A stretch of DNA of 64,000 nucleotides from Pseudovirgaria hyperparasitica (taxonomy: Eukaryota), in NCBI GenBank assembly GCA_010093815.1, contig ML996582.1, one strand, 5' to 3'. Below, piece by piece: positions 36,060 through 49,025 of this stretch (position 1 is its first letter; every line of letters starts with the position of its first letter). A model generated the notes under the pieces. It did not search any database and had not been told where the DNA came from. It was given only the letters and a program-made list of their open reading frames with translations. Both the position numbers and the translations under genes were made by a program.

Positions 36060-39000
36060 ATGTCTGCTGCCCTTCCAGATCCGACCGCGGATCTGCATTG
36101 GTCTTCATACAGAGGCGCAATTCACGAGATTTTTGCTGCAAGTCAGTTAATAGTTCCTGAGACATGACATGGCTACTACTGAACATATCCAGACGCAAAG
36201 AAACACCCGGAACGACCCTGTGTCATCGAAACCGCGACCTCCTCTACTCCGAGACGAGAATTCACCTATCGCCACATCTTTGAGGCATCATGTCAGCTCG
36301 CGCACAAGCTCACTTCCTCGGGTGTGCAACGAGGGGAAGTCGTGATGATATATGCCCATAGATCAGTCCACCTATGCGTAGCTATACTCGGTACATTGAT
36401 GTCTGGAGCTACGTTTTCGGTCCTCGATCCGTTATATCCTCCAGATAGACAGATCATATATTTGGATGTCTCTCGACCTCGGGCACTAGTTATCTTGGAG
36501 AAAGCGACAGAAGAGGCGGGACCGCTCACTGAGAAAGTGCGAGACTTCATCGATACCACCTTACAGTTGAGAGTCGAGGTTCCAGCGCTGAAGATTGTAG
36601 ATGATGGTACGCTTCTTGGGGGTATGGTCGATGGAAGAGATTGTCTGGAAGAGCAAGCCTTGCTGAAGTCGGATATGCCTGGAGTGGTAGTAGGACCAGA
36701 CTCCACTCCTACTTTGAGCTTTACCTCAGGCTCTGAAGGAAGACCAAAAGGTGTCAAAGGACGTCATTTCTCGCTAGCATACTACTTCGATTGGATGTCA
36801 GAGCAGTTCAAACTTACCGAAAACGATGCCTTCACTATGCTCTCTGGAATCGCGCATGACCCTATTCAACGAGACATTTTCACACCACTCTTTCTTGGAG
36901 CCAGACTACTGGTCCCGTCAAAAGACGACATCCAGCATGAGAGATTAGCAGAGTGGATGCGACGCGAGGGGGCCAATGTCACTCATCTAACTCCTGCCAT
37001 GGGTCAAATTCTTGTCGGTGGTACAATGACACAGTTCCCAACTCTACACCATGCTTTTTTTGTCGGAGATATCCTAATCAAGAGAGACTGCCGTCGCCTC
37101 CAGGAGCTCGCTCCAAATGTATGCATTGTCAACATGTACGGCACTACAGAGACACAGCGAGCTGTCAGCTACTTCGAGATTCCAAGCGTGACTTCAGAAC
37201 CCGCCTTCCTCGAAAGCATTGGGGATGTCATCCCTGCTGGGCGTGGCATGAAAGATGTACAAATGCTGATCATAGACCGAGAAGACAAGAATAGACTGTG
37301 TGATGTAGGCGAGACTGGTGAAATCTATGTACGTGCTGGTGGGTTGGCAGAGGGCTATCTTGGGCTGGATGAAGCCACAAAGGAGAAGTTTGTGCCAAAT
37401 TGGTTTGTCGATCCTCAAAAATGGATAGATGAGGACACGGAAAGAGTCCAACAGCAAGGCCACTCGGAGCCCTGGAGAGAGTTCTACAAGGGTCCCCGAG
37501 ATCGTATGTATCGAAGCGGAGATCTTGGTAGACGAAAGGAGGATGGTAATGTCGAGTGCACTGGTCGTGTCGACAACCAGGTGAAAATACGAGGGTTTCG
37601 TATAGAGCTCGGTGAGATTGACAAGCACCTATCTTCGCATCAACTCGTCCGAGAGAACGTCACTCTATTACGAAGAGATGCCAATGAAGAACCGACACTT
37701 GTGTCGTACATTGTGCCGGACATGGGCAGATGGAACACGTGGGTCGAGTCTAAGGAAAATGATCGAGGACTTACCGTCCCACAAACTGACGAAAGTATGC
37801 TTGGAATGCTTCAGGTGCGTCTAGTCCAAATTGCCGTTAACAAGGTGTCTGACACTGTGTAGCGATTCTGGTCACTCACCCGTGATGTACGAGAACACCT
37901 CAAGACGAAACTGCCTGACTATGCAATTCCATCCGTGTTCGTTCCGCTGTATCGCTTTCCACTCAATCCAAATGGTACATTATTACCTTCACCAGCATCC
38001 TATAGACTCATGGCTAAACATGATAGGAAAAATCGACAAGCCTGCCTTACCCTACCCCGGTACTGATGATCTAGCATCAGCTGCACCGAGAAGAATCTCT
38101 AGACGCTTTTCACACACCAGCTCCTCACTCTCTGCAACTGAGAAAGAAGTAGCGAAACTGTGGGCCGAAAGCATCCGAACAGTAAGAGCAGACTCATTAG
38201 AACCAGACTCAAACTTTTGGGACCTTGGAGGCCATTCAATCATTGCACAAAACCTTACGTCGACTGCCAGAAAGCGATTTGAAGTAGATGTTGGCATGAG
38301 GACTATCATTCAACATCCGACATTACGCGAATTCTCCAGAGAGATAGATCGCGCGAGAGACCCTACAGGCTTGCAGCTGTATCCCAATGATGAACTTTCC
38401 AAAGTCAACTTCTTGGACGAGAATTACTCTGCAGATGCTGCAGAACTAGCCCATAAGTTACCAAAAGTCTTTGGCTCTGTCTCGCTAGATCCATCTGCGG
38501 CAACAACCGTATTCCTTACCGGTGCCACTGGTTTTCTGGGTGCTTACATTCTTCTTGATGTTCTACAGAGGCCATCGACTTCGGTTATAGCTCATGTAAG
38601 AGCGAAAGATCCATCATTAGGACTTGAGAGAATCAAGAAGCAATGTAGCGCCTATGGCATTTGGGATGATACTTGGCAATCGCGTATTAAATGTGTTGTT
38701 GGAGACTTGTCCGAGCCTAACCTTGGTCTTGAAGATCAAGTCTGGGATTCTTTGTCCAAAGAGGTCGATGTGATAATACACAATGGTGAGCTACTCTCTA
38801 AGATGTTGATCACTGTAATCTTACTGACCATGATATCTAGGCGCGCAAGTACACTGGATTCATCTGTACTCTACTCTCCGAAAAGCTAATGTGCTGAGCA
38901 CTTTGGCACTGGTACAACTTTGTGCCATAGGCAAGCCGAAACAGTTTGGGTTCGTCAGCTCGACTAGCGTCTTGGATACTGACTACTACGTATCTCTCTC

Positions 39001-39867
39001 TGAGAGTGATACTGCGTTTGGAGCAGCAGGTGTCAGCGAATCGGACAACTTATGGGGCAGCCGCAAAGGACTCACGACCGGGTACGGCCAGTCTAAATGG
39101 GCAAGCGAGTTCATTGTTCGTCAAGCAGGTAGACGAGGGCTTCGCGGCTGCATTATCCGTCCCGGTTATGTATCCGGTCATCCCATCAGTGGCACGACGA
39201 ACACAGATGACTTCCTGGTACGCTTCTTAAAGGGATGTGTCCAGACCACGCTGTATCCGGACATTCAGAACACCATAAACCAGACCCCTGTCGATCACGT
39301 AGCACGTACTGTTGTCGCAGCTACACTGAACCCTCCTACTGTTCCATTGGGTGTGGCGCAAGTAACTGCACATCCCCGTCTGTCTATCCAGGAGTTTGGT
39401 GCTTGTCTCGCGGTATACGGTTACGACGTCAAGAAGACGGACTATGACAACTGGAGAAAAGGCGTAGAGCGCTACGTTGAGACTACAGAAATAGCGAACA
39501 GAGAAGAGCACGCTCTGTATGTACTCTCTATATCTTCCACCCCAAACACTAGCTAACACATTTCACCAGACTTCCCCTCTACGAAATGGTCACTACAAAC
39601 ATGCCGGAAGGCACAAAAGCCCCCGAACTAGACGATATCAACGCATCTGCCGCCCTCCGCGCGGACGCTCAGTGGACTGGACAGGATCTCTCCGCCGGCG
39701 CCGCTGTAACAGCAGATACCGTAGGTGTCTACCTCGCGTACCTGGTAGCTATCGGCTTCATGAAGCCTCCTCCCGACGACAAAGGCCAGCCTCTCCCGCC
39801 CATCACCATAAACGACCAGCAACGCGCCGCGCTAGCCGGAATCGGAGGCCGAGGCCGAAAAGTATAG
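36060..39867 (+). CDS. LYS2: L-alpha-aminoadipate reductase (A-T-R); exons 36060-36141, 36193-37814, 37863-37974, 38027-38785, 38841-39516 and 39570-39867, 1182 aa
   Basis: 'LPDPTADLHW..YRGAIHEIF'; A-domain 'SFTSGSEGRPKGV', 'GIAHDPIQRD' and 'NMYGTTETQR'; T-domain 'FWDLGGHSI'; R-domain 'TGATGFLG' and 'GYGQSKW'; five GT-AG introns give an intact frame. Confidence 0.95.
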
Positions 39868-40404
39868 AGCGTTGTTCGTTCACATAAAAGTTCGAAGTAG
39901 AATATGTATAAGATTGTGCTTTTTAGGCCCGTCGGTCTTGTGTGCGGATGTTTTTGTTTGTTCCCTCTTGTGCTCGTCCTGCCCATACATATCTCTGCCT
40001 TATCGATTGTCTGGCATACACTATCGCTTGACTTCCCAAAGCGGTATTCTCACAATTCTCGCCCGCCAGTATATGAAGCATATAAGACCAGATTCCCCAT
40101 GCCACAACCATATTCAATCCCATCCCACTCGAATATTCCTTAGCTTACGCACCACCAGAAAACCCAGCGAATCCAAGTGAGTGAGTGAGGGAGTGAGTAT
40201 AGTGAGTGATAATGACGAGGAGGAGGATGAGGAGAATGAAGATGGTGAACACTTATCGCATTGCATTCTCGACATACCACGCACGGTACATACAGACATA
40301 CACGCGAACGCGAACACACACCCACAGCTAAGTATCCCAACATATACTATATACAGGAAGACGAAACACCCCCTCCCCGCGCCCCCTCCGTTTTCTCCAG
40401 CTAA

Positions 40405-43400
40405 CTACCTGCGAAACCAACTCTCGACATCGGCACGCGAGAACTCCAGTCCCGTCTCAGAATCATACACAATCCTGCGCACCTCGGCCGCGCGCTCATG
40501 GACATCAATGTACTTTGCCTCGCACTGCTTCGAGACCTTCTGGACGAGGTTGCGGCTCAGGCCCGGCTCGTCAGCATCGCCGAAATGCTTCTCGAGACGC
40601 TTGCGCAGGGCGTCGACGCCTTTGCGGACTTCTTTTGCGTCGAACTGGGCGATGACTTTCTTGAAGATGTGTTTGCCGTGAGAGGCGCGGTCGGCGATGC
40701 TGGTGGGTGGTGTGCCGGAGGGCAGGGCAACGAGCATTGCTTCGGTTGATTCGATGAATTCGATGAGTTTGCCGAGAGGGCGGCGGACGACGGCGTCGAC
40801 GTAGAGGCTCATGTGCTCGTCCATTTCCTTCATGGCCTTGCCGCGCCATTCCATCAGAACGGGATCGCCGCGCTCGTCGACTTCTTCAATGTAATGGTTC
40901 ATGTTCTCGATGTGTAGGATATGGTAGTTTAGAGCCTCCTTATCTTCTGGATCACCCTGACCTTGCACGGCCATCACGGCAGGGCTATCTTTTGCAATGA
41001 CCTTCAAACTCTCGAACATGGCCTTGTTGACTTTACCATATGCATCGTCAACCATGGTACGAACTTCCAGTCGGTCATGCTCGTCGTAGGCAGGGACCAT
41101 GTTTTCGATGGCCATTGAGAAAGGAGGGAACGTCTTCATGAATGCTATGACGCCTTTCCGCTTCTTGATCTTGACCTTCGTGTCTTCGATGGCACGAATT
41201 TGGTCATCTACAAATCTCTGAAATAGACCGCTCAATCGTTCGTTCAGCTTTTGCAGCGTGCGTGTCAAGAAATCTTGATTGGTCTCTTCGTATTCGGCCA
41301 GCTTACGCTGAACAGCATAAAGAATGCCCACACCTTGTCTGCATACACATCAATACGCGCAAAATTAATGTTAGCGGCACACTTACAAAGGGTCAATCTT
41401 CACTGCCCATTCCATGAGAGATTGCATATCCGTAGCCCAGAAAGAGAAAATATCATCCATTACATCCATGACTCGCTTCGCCATGTCACGGTCAGGCTCG
41501 AAAGGCTTTCGTTCATACAAATTAGTCCCTCGCCGTGCCTCTAGAGGTATTGTCGAAACTATTTCCGCGAAGTCGGCGTTTTCTGCAGCTGTGGCATGGA
41601 AGAAGTCAACAATGAAGTTCTGCTCTGTGAATATGAGAGGTGCCATCTCATCAAGCGCGCCACTGAATGATTGGTACGGCCAGAGCTTGTCTGATTGCTT
41701 ATCAATATTTCGATCATGGTGACTTGAGCGCAGTCCTTTGGCGAGGGTCTGGCTCCGCTTTACGGTGAGCTTCCGAGCTGTTGTCGAGAGACTTTCATTT
41801 TCTTTCTCCTGTGGAGTCGTGAAAAGGAGGTCTTGCTCCTCCCCAGTTGGCTTGCGCGCCTTTTTTCGCCAAGCAGAATTGTTGTCACGCATTTCCTCTT
41901 GATAGACAGGGCCTGCTCTTTGCCGGTACAGCTTGACGAGGACATCCCAAGCTGCTCGATCGACCTCCTTGGCAAACAGAAGTAATGGGCTGTACTGCCA
42001 TAGACCGACGCGAGCTCTGTCATGAGCTCCAATATCAAGTTTTGTGTTGATTTTTGCGTGATCTGAATTGAGCCTCTTGATTTCGTCCATGGTTTCTAAG
42101 AGCGCTGCGCCGAATGTCATATCGAGGAATTGCTTGAGTCTCTCCAAGAAGATCGTGCTTTCATCTTCGTAGCTCTCGCGCTTCTCTATTAAAGCACGCA
42201 TATTTCCCATTTCATTGATGCCAAATGCCGAGTGTCGTTTGTTGGAATCGATGGCATCACTCATAGGGCTATCGTGCCGTAGCGACGGATCTATAGTTCT
42301 CATAGCCCTGTACAGCAAGAGCAGAGCAGATTCAACAGCTTCCAAGCCTTCGGTCTTACCGAGTTGTGCTCGCCGAAGGGCCTCAAGCTGACCTGGGGTG
42401 ATGGACAGTGTATCAACTAGCTGCTGTAGTTCGGTCTGAAGAAGCTTTTGGTTCGCAGTTTGAACCTGTAGACCTTGGCCTTGGGCTTCAATATATGCGA
42501 TATCGTCGTTGAGACTACTTAGCTCAACGCTGTACAGCGTCAGTAGGCCCTCCATCTCCTCACACTCGGCAATTGCTTTGTCAAGGAGTTTCTCAACAGT
42601 CTCGACACGATCGTCTTTCTGCTCAAGATGCCCGAGCCAACTCCCTGCTTCGACACGACCAAGTTCCCTGCGGATATCTGCTTCTATAAGCTCAATTTTC
42701 TTTGTTTGTACAGCGCTGTTACCCCAACCGAAGTCGGTCAGGGTTTGCTCAAAATCGAGACCTCGACCCTCTAGGAGAGATGCGTCTACACCTAGGTTGT
42801 CAAGATAACGAACTTGTTGCATAGACCGTCTTCTCTTCTTCTTCTCTGGCTCTGGCTTCTTCTTTTCTGGACTAGGGGATGGCTCAGGTACTACTTGTGG
42901 CTGTAATGGCAATGTCATTTCTGGTCGCGGCCCTGGGGACTGGGGACTCGATACTGTAAGCTGCGGTACAGCATCCGTGCTCACGGATGGCTTCGGGGGC
43001 TCTGGTTTTTCATATTGCTTCGGCGTTTCGACGGTAGGGCTGTCAATCGGCGTGGTAACGGCCGAAGGCGTAGGACTTTTCATAGACGGAGCTGGAACGA
43101 CACCAGTTATACCATCAGGTTCGTTCGAAGCTGTTTTGGGCGCAAATCGGTCCGCAGCACCCCCAGCACGGGGTTTGAAAGCGCCATAGGTCTGAGCCGC
43201 TTTCCTGAGTATATCACCAGCAGTCTTCTTTTTAACCATAGGACCCAGTCCTGGTCGAACTGACTCGTTTTTCTCATCGGTGGGAGATTTCATAGAGTTT
43301 GGAGATGCCAATGGTGGCGAGGCCAAATCTTGCTGATCCTCTTTAGAGCCTGAGGCTGAAGTAGGCAATCGCTCGAGCTCTGAGGCGGTGGATTTTGATG

Positions 43401-44983
43401 TATCGTTCCTTTGTGAATCCATAGCAGGGAAATAACTTCCATTCTCAGGAGCAGGTACTTTCTCTGGTTCTATAGTTTCTTGGCTTGCACCTGAAGCAGT
43501 CTCGTTTATACCTCGTCTCCGAGGTGGTGGTCCTGGACTTTCCGTAGTCGTGGATGTCTTTTCGGTGGAGTGCTCACGGTTCGAGCTAATAGAATCATTG
43601 CTCATAGGTCCAGATATGGTAGGACGTCGACGTTCTGGGAGTCCATTGAGTGGCCGTGGTTCCAGTCGATCCTCATTTCTGGGAGGAGGTATACTGGAAC
43701 CACTCTGAGCTGTAGATGGCCGTTGACTGTCAGGTGAAGCATCCTTTCTGAAGCGACCTCCGAGGCCTCCATTCAAGTTCTCTGATGAATCGTTTGGCCG
43801 ACCTTTACGAGCATCGGGACTTCCCCGTGGAGGTATACTCGGTGTGGAGGACATGCTCTCAGGCGTAATGGAGCGCTGCGGTTCTAAATCTGAACGAGAA
43901 GATTGGGGCGTCAGCCGTTGTGCTGCAAGTAGCTGAGGTGGTATCGGGGATCTCCCTAGCTGATCTTGACTTGGGGATGGCCTCATGGCTTGCTCCTGAA
44001 GCTGCCGTGGCCTGGGCTGCCGTGTAGGGTCTCTACCAGGTGCCAATGGAGGTGACATTTGAGACGGTTCCGGAGGGATTCTCGGCGACCTCTCATCATG
44101 TCCCGACGGCGGTGGACGTACTCGACGGGGTGGGGCTTGCTGATTTTGCGTGTTTGAGAGATCTGGAGATGCACGAACGGGTGGCTGACGACCAGGACTA
44201 CCACCTGATGATCCTGGGGGTCTCTGCCCTGGTCTAGTCTGAGAGGCTTGACGATTCCCCTGCTGAGCGCCTACACCTCCTAGCATTGCGTCTATCTCCA
44301 CAGGACTAAAACCTAGGAGTTCGGGAACCTTTCCCTGGGTGTACTTGCGAAAAATTTTGACAACACTGGCGATGAAAAACTCTTTCTCCTTTGCAGTTCC
44401 AGCCTGCCAATAGTACGGTTTTGTCATTGTGACCAGAAACCCCACATCGCCGGCCCATTGCTTGTGATCCTTCTCCTCTGGAGTCTGAGGGTTGATATGC
44501 GAATATGATTGAAGTGTCGACAATTCCTCCAGTCCCCACGATTTTCCAATCGAAAAAGATCCGTTGGAGTTTTCCCTAGCTTTGTGCATCCGCACGCGAC
44601 CAGTGTTCTTGACGGCAACTATTATAACTCTTGGTTTCTTGTTACTCGGTGGTGACTCTGGCGGCGGAGGACTTTGAGGATATGCACCATCTTCTTGGAC
44701 ACGAATATGAGTTATGTATGATTCCGCAACTAGCAAAGCAATTAGTCAATGCATCCCAATGACAGTATATTATCCACGCTATTGACGTACTTTGCCCGTT
44801 GGGATCCATTTTTGAGAAACACGAATCCATAAGTCGGCGTTTCTCGTCCTCAAATCGCTCAGCTCGATTGATGCTCATGGAAGAAGCCCCATTCGGAAGA
44901 CCAGGCGACAAGCCCCTCCGAGGATCAGGACTTGGACGTCCATTGGGTCCATCGCCCTGGCCAGATCGTCCATACCCGTTCAT
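40405..44983 (-). CDS. SEC3: Exocyst subunit Sec3; exons 44983-44791, 44729-41387 and 41338-40405, about 1489 aa
   Basis: 'RAERFEDEKRR..SCFSK'; PH-like 'YITHIRVQED..KKPRVIIVAV..GRVRMHKARENSNGSFSIGKSW'; 'IAYIEAQGQGLQVQTANQKLL'; C-terminal 'LRKRLEKHF'. Confidence 0.93.
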
Positions 44984-45864
44984 CGCGATTGATTCTGACA
45001 AGGGAGGCTTGACCAAAGCCAATGTAGCTGGCGCAACTGTAATTTGCCAGCTCCCAGACTCCTTCAGCGTGCTCTGGGTGTCATGCTAATGGCGGCCACT
45101 ATGTTCGGCAGGGCACTGAGGGAGAAGGATCGTCTCGAAGGGCACTTAGGGAATAGCTTTCCGGCAGCGTACGTCCGACAATGGCCTGAGTCTGATGGTT
45201 TGGGGGCTCTTGTTCTCGATTTAGCTTCAAGAGGTGATCTTCTCGAAGATACACTTTATTGACTGTTGAAGAGAGCCTTGTGGTGGGAGCCTATGCTATA
45301 AACAGCTGCGTCAGAGGTAGGCAATGACGTGTAAGGGATGCGAGCTTATGGCGATATGGTGATGCGCGTACACTTCCAGTATGCCGCTTACTACAGCGAC
45401 AAAGTAATGTAGTCTCTGTTGGTGCCGCGCTTTGTCGCAAGTAGATGCGATTGTAGTCGGGAAGTGGTGAAGGTGCCGTGCAGAGTAGCGGATCCAATGC
45501 ACCTGGTCCTCGGAGGTACAGGCGCCAAGCTGTGGGTCCTCAATCAGGCATAGTCCTCCTCTCCGCAGACATACTTAGGCATAGGTCAAGTATAGAACTG
45601 AAGAATAACTCAGTTCTTTAGGTTTACTATACTGTTAGACTACCCTCTTATGAATACGGGAGCGATAATTGCTATATACCTAGAAGTCTCTAAACATTCA
45701 CAGGCTTTAGAGAAGTGGTGACTTCTTCCTAATTACATTTCTTACAGCGACGTGCCAAGATTTCCTGGACCCTGGCCGCTCTTAAAACTTTTTTTTTATT
45801 TTGTTGCCTCCACAACTTCACCCATTCTCATTTCTCCTACTACCAAAACGATCCTCGAAGAAAG

Positions 45865-47286
45865 ATGGCCAAGCCTCCGAAGACCACCGCTGAGAAGAAA
45901 CTCAACTCCAAACAAAGGAGAATCATACGGGAGAAGGCTATCGAAGAGGACCGGGCTCGCAAACCTTGCGCGCAGCCAGTCCACCTCGATGTCGTCAACA
46001 AGTTCTTCCTCGAATACAACTACGCGAAGAATTCCAAGACTCTACTCAGAGAGCATAATAAGCGTGCAAGAGCTAAAGGACTACCTGAAATGGACCGCAT
46101 ATATGGCCGCGCTAAAGGAATTCCTAGCTTGACTAAGCTTGTGGACGATTGGCTCGCGAACAACGAAGTAGAGTCTTCAGCAGCAAGCTCGTCCGAAGAC
46201 GAGGATGGGGACGACGAGGCGAGCGAAGATGAGAGCGAAAGCAATGCTGTTGGGGCAGGCTCAGACAACGAGAGCTCTAGCTCAGACAACGAGAGCTCTA
46301 GCTCATCAGCTTCAGAAGACAGGGCAACACCAACGAGCTCGGACGACGCCATGTCCATTGATGAGAAAGAGGAGGATACTACGGCCAAAGAATCGAGCAA
46401 GCGCAAAATGGAGACTGAAACAAGCAGTTCAGTGTCTGAGGGGACCTCCAGCTCGTCAAGTTCAGAATCCGCAAAAGAGAAGCCTAAATTGAAGAAGCAG
46501 AGGAAAGAGAACCCTAAATTGAAGAAGGAGAAGAAAGAGAAGACGGCGAACAAGAAGGAGAGACGAGACTCATCTTCGTCCTCTTCCTCCTCTTCTTCTT
46601 CCTCGTCATCATCCTCCTCTTCGTCATCAGCGGCGTCGGCCTCATCTGTGTCGAAGAAGAGCTCCAAAAAGTCCAGCCGTTCCGGTTCTTCTTCAGGTTC
46701 TCCAAGCTCCTCCTCAGAGTCCGAATCCAATGCCCCTAAAAAGCCTGGCTCCAGCTCTGGCTCGTCCTCCAGCTCAAGCTCCGCCTCAGAATCTGACGAT
46801 CCTGCTAAGAAACCGCTCCCAGAGTCGGATTCCTCCAGCGCATCCTCGGATTCAGACTCAGAGTCCTCGTCTGCCTCTTCAGCAAAGAAGCCCATCAAGT
46901 CCACCAAACAGATAAAGAAGGAAAAAGCAGGCAGCACGGATTCACTATCCTCCGCAACTCTACGAGATGCCTCTGATGAGCCGTCGACGAAAAGCAGCAA
47001 GAAGCGTGCAGCTGAAGATGCCGTCGAGGACGTCGCAGCAGAAAACATCGCCAAGCGAAAAAAAATCAATGAGCCCTTCAGTCGTATTCCAAAAGACCAG
47101 TACGTTGACCCGAAATTCGCGTCGAACAAATATGTCTCGTACGACTATGCAGACAAGGCGCACGCCGATTTGATTGTGACCAAGGGTAAAGGCTTCACCA
47201 AGGAAAAGAACAAGAAGAAGAGAGGCAGCTACCGCGGTGGTATGATTGACACCCACGGAGTGAACAGTATCAAGTTCGATGATTAG
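45865..47286 (+). CDS. SRP40: Nucleolar Srp40/Nopp140-like protein
   Basis: Ser/acidic and Lys-rich blocks, a LisH-like N-terminal segment, and the SRP40_C motif 'PFSRIP..YADKAHADLIVTKGKGFTKEKNKKKRGSYRGG.ID..SIKFDD'. Confidence 0.9.
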   Translation: MAKPPKTTAEKKLNSKQRRIIREKAIEEDRARKPCAQPVHLDVVNKFFLEYNYAKNSKTLLREHNKRARAKGLPEMDRIYGRAKGIPSLTKLVDDWLANNEVESSAASSSEDEDGDDEASEDESESNAVGAGSDNESSSSDNESSSSSASEDRATPTSSDDAMSIDEKEEDTTAKESSKRKMETETSSSVSEGTSSSSSSESAKEKPKLKKQRKENPKLKKEKKEKTANKKERRDSSSSSSSSSSSSSSSSSSSSAASASSVSKKSSKKSSRSGSSSGSPSSSSESESNAPKKPGSSSGSSSSSSSASESDDPAKKPLPESDSSSASSDSDSESSSASSAKKPIKSTKQIKKEKAGSTDSLSSATLRDASDEPSTKSSKKRAAEDAVEDVAAENIAKRKKINEPFSRIPKDQYVDPKFASNKYVSYDYADKAHADLIVTKGKGFTKEKNKKKRGSYRGGMIDTHGVNSIKFDD

Positions 47287-47998
47287 AATTGAACGAGTGT
47301 TTGCAAGCGCAGGCGTTGTATGGTTTTGCAAAATTGGGCACAAGGAATAGTTTGGGTGCAAGTTTGAAGCGATCTGGTAGCATGGAAATATAAATACCAG
47401 CTTCTATTACCATCTGAGGACTACTCCTACTCATCACAGCAACGGGCCCACAGCTCCCTCTCCCACACCTCCGAAGAGGTCGATAAAGTCCACCTCTAGT
47501 CCTTTAACCCCTAAAACTGCCTTACTTAGGGTACCCACGGCCAGAGAAAAGCCAGTCAGCACACGGGTAGCGAACCGTAAACCATTCCACATGAGTAAGT
47601 GAGCAATGACCAGTTCTCGCACGATATGACCGCATCAGGACACTCGACGTTATACAACAGTTAGTGTTTCCATCCAATAACAATTGATAGAAGCCGAGCT
47701 GTGCGTGCTGAGAAGTACGCATCATCAGTCCGGTCCCCTACCTCAAAGCCCGATTTGCCGACTATGACATCGTTGACTTTGCAGCTCCCATCAAAAAACA
47801 TCAACACCATCACCGCATCCTATTTGTGTCTTCGCAAAGGATCGCACTAGCTATAAGCCTATCCACTACGGGATCCGGCGGGTGGACCAACTTCAAAAGC
47901 CGTCGCAGCGTCCGTGGGCTATATCAACTACTCACTGTCTGCTCTTTCGGACATCAACGCACCGCCATCCTAAGGCTTCAACATCTCACTCTCCTACA

Positions 47999-49025
47999 AT
48001 GACGCTTCTCCAAACCTTCCTACGGGCTACAGCCTTCCGCTCCCCCCTTCTTCGTACCCTCCTCCCCGCTGTCGGCCTCGCGTACGGCATACAATCGCTC
48101 GTCGCCATGCCCTCCATCGCTGTCCAGTCTGAGCGCTTCTACGACCTCTCTGGCTCTCTGACATACCTCTCCTGCACCGCCCTCTCACTCTACCTCCCTG
48201 TCCTCCGTGCCCGCGCCGCGTCTTCAACCGGCAAGCTGATCGAGCCCCTGATCGGCAAAATTACCGGCGAAAGCCTGCTCAATTGGAGACAAGTAGCCAT
48301 GAGCGCCGCAATCGGGCTTTGGGCAACGCGGCTAGGGAGTTACCTCTTCCAGCGCATCATGGCGGACGGCGAGGATAGCAGGTTCGAGAAGATCCGCGGA
48401 CAGCCGCCAAAGTTCTTTGGTGCTTTCATGGCGCAGGCGACGTGGGTGTCGTTGTGTGCGCTGCCTGTTATCGCGTTGAATGCCCTGCCCCGCACGGCGT
48501 TTGCGGCCATGCCACACGTGCTCCTCACAGACGTCATCGGTGTGAGTCTGTTTCTGTTCGGGTTCTTGTTCGAGATCGCAGCGGATAGGCAGAAGAATGC
48601 GTGGGTGCAGGAGAAGAAGCAGAAGAAGCACAGCGAGGAGTTTCTGACGAGGGGGCTGTGGAGTAAGAGCCGGCATCCAAACTACTTTGGCGAGATCTGC
48701 TTATGGACGGGCATTGCGACTGTTGCAGGTGGGACATTGGTGAGAGATGCTGCACAGCGTGGGCTAGGCTTTGCAGGTGGACCGGCAGGGAGGATTGGGG
48801 TGTTGGCCATGGCCGCCGTGAGCCCTGCATTCGTGACGTTTCTGTTGACTAAGGTAAGTGCATACACATGTCCCAATCATCAAACTCACTCTGGTCCCGA
48901 CACTGACACGGCCTCAGGTGTCCGGCATCCCGCTCAGCGAGAACAAGTATGACAAACGCTACGGCGACCGCAAGGACTACCAGGAGTGGAAGAAGAACAC
49001 CCCAATGCTCATTCCCAAATTCTAG
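47999..49025 (+). CDS. DUF1295 membrane protein (steroid 5-alpha-reductase-like); exons 47999-48853 and 48918-49025
   Basis: 'SERFYDLSGSLTY', 'WATRLGSYLFQRI..GEDSRF', 'ADRQK', 'GLWSKSRHPNYFGE' and 'VSGIPLSE..YDKRYG..DYQEWKKNTP'. Confidence 0.88.

Noticed and set aside
36060..39867. A-T-R enzyme as an NRPS-like secondary metabolite cluster
   Set aside because: Motifs identify primary-metabolism Lys2, and the neighbours are housekeeping genes.
46260..46305. 21-bp tandem duplication CTCAGACAACGAGAGCTCTAG
   Set aside because: Ordinary in-frame slippage in the low-complexity SRP40 region.
46020..47129. 369-aa acidic minus-strand ORF
   Set aside because: It is the reverse complement of the Ser-rich SRP40 coding sequence.
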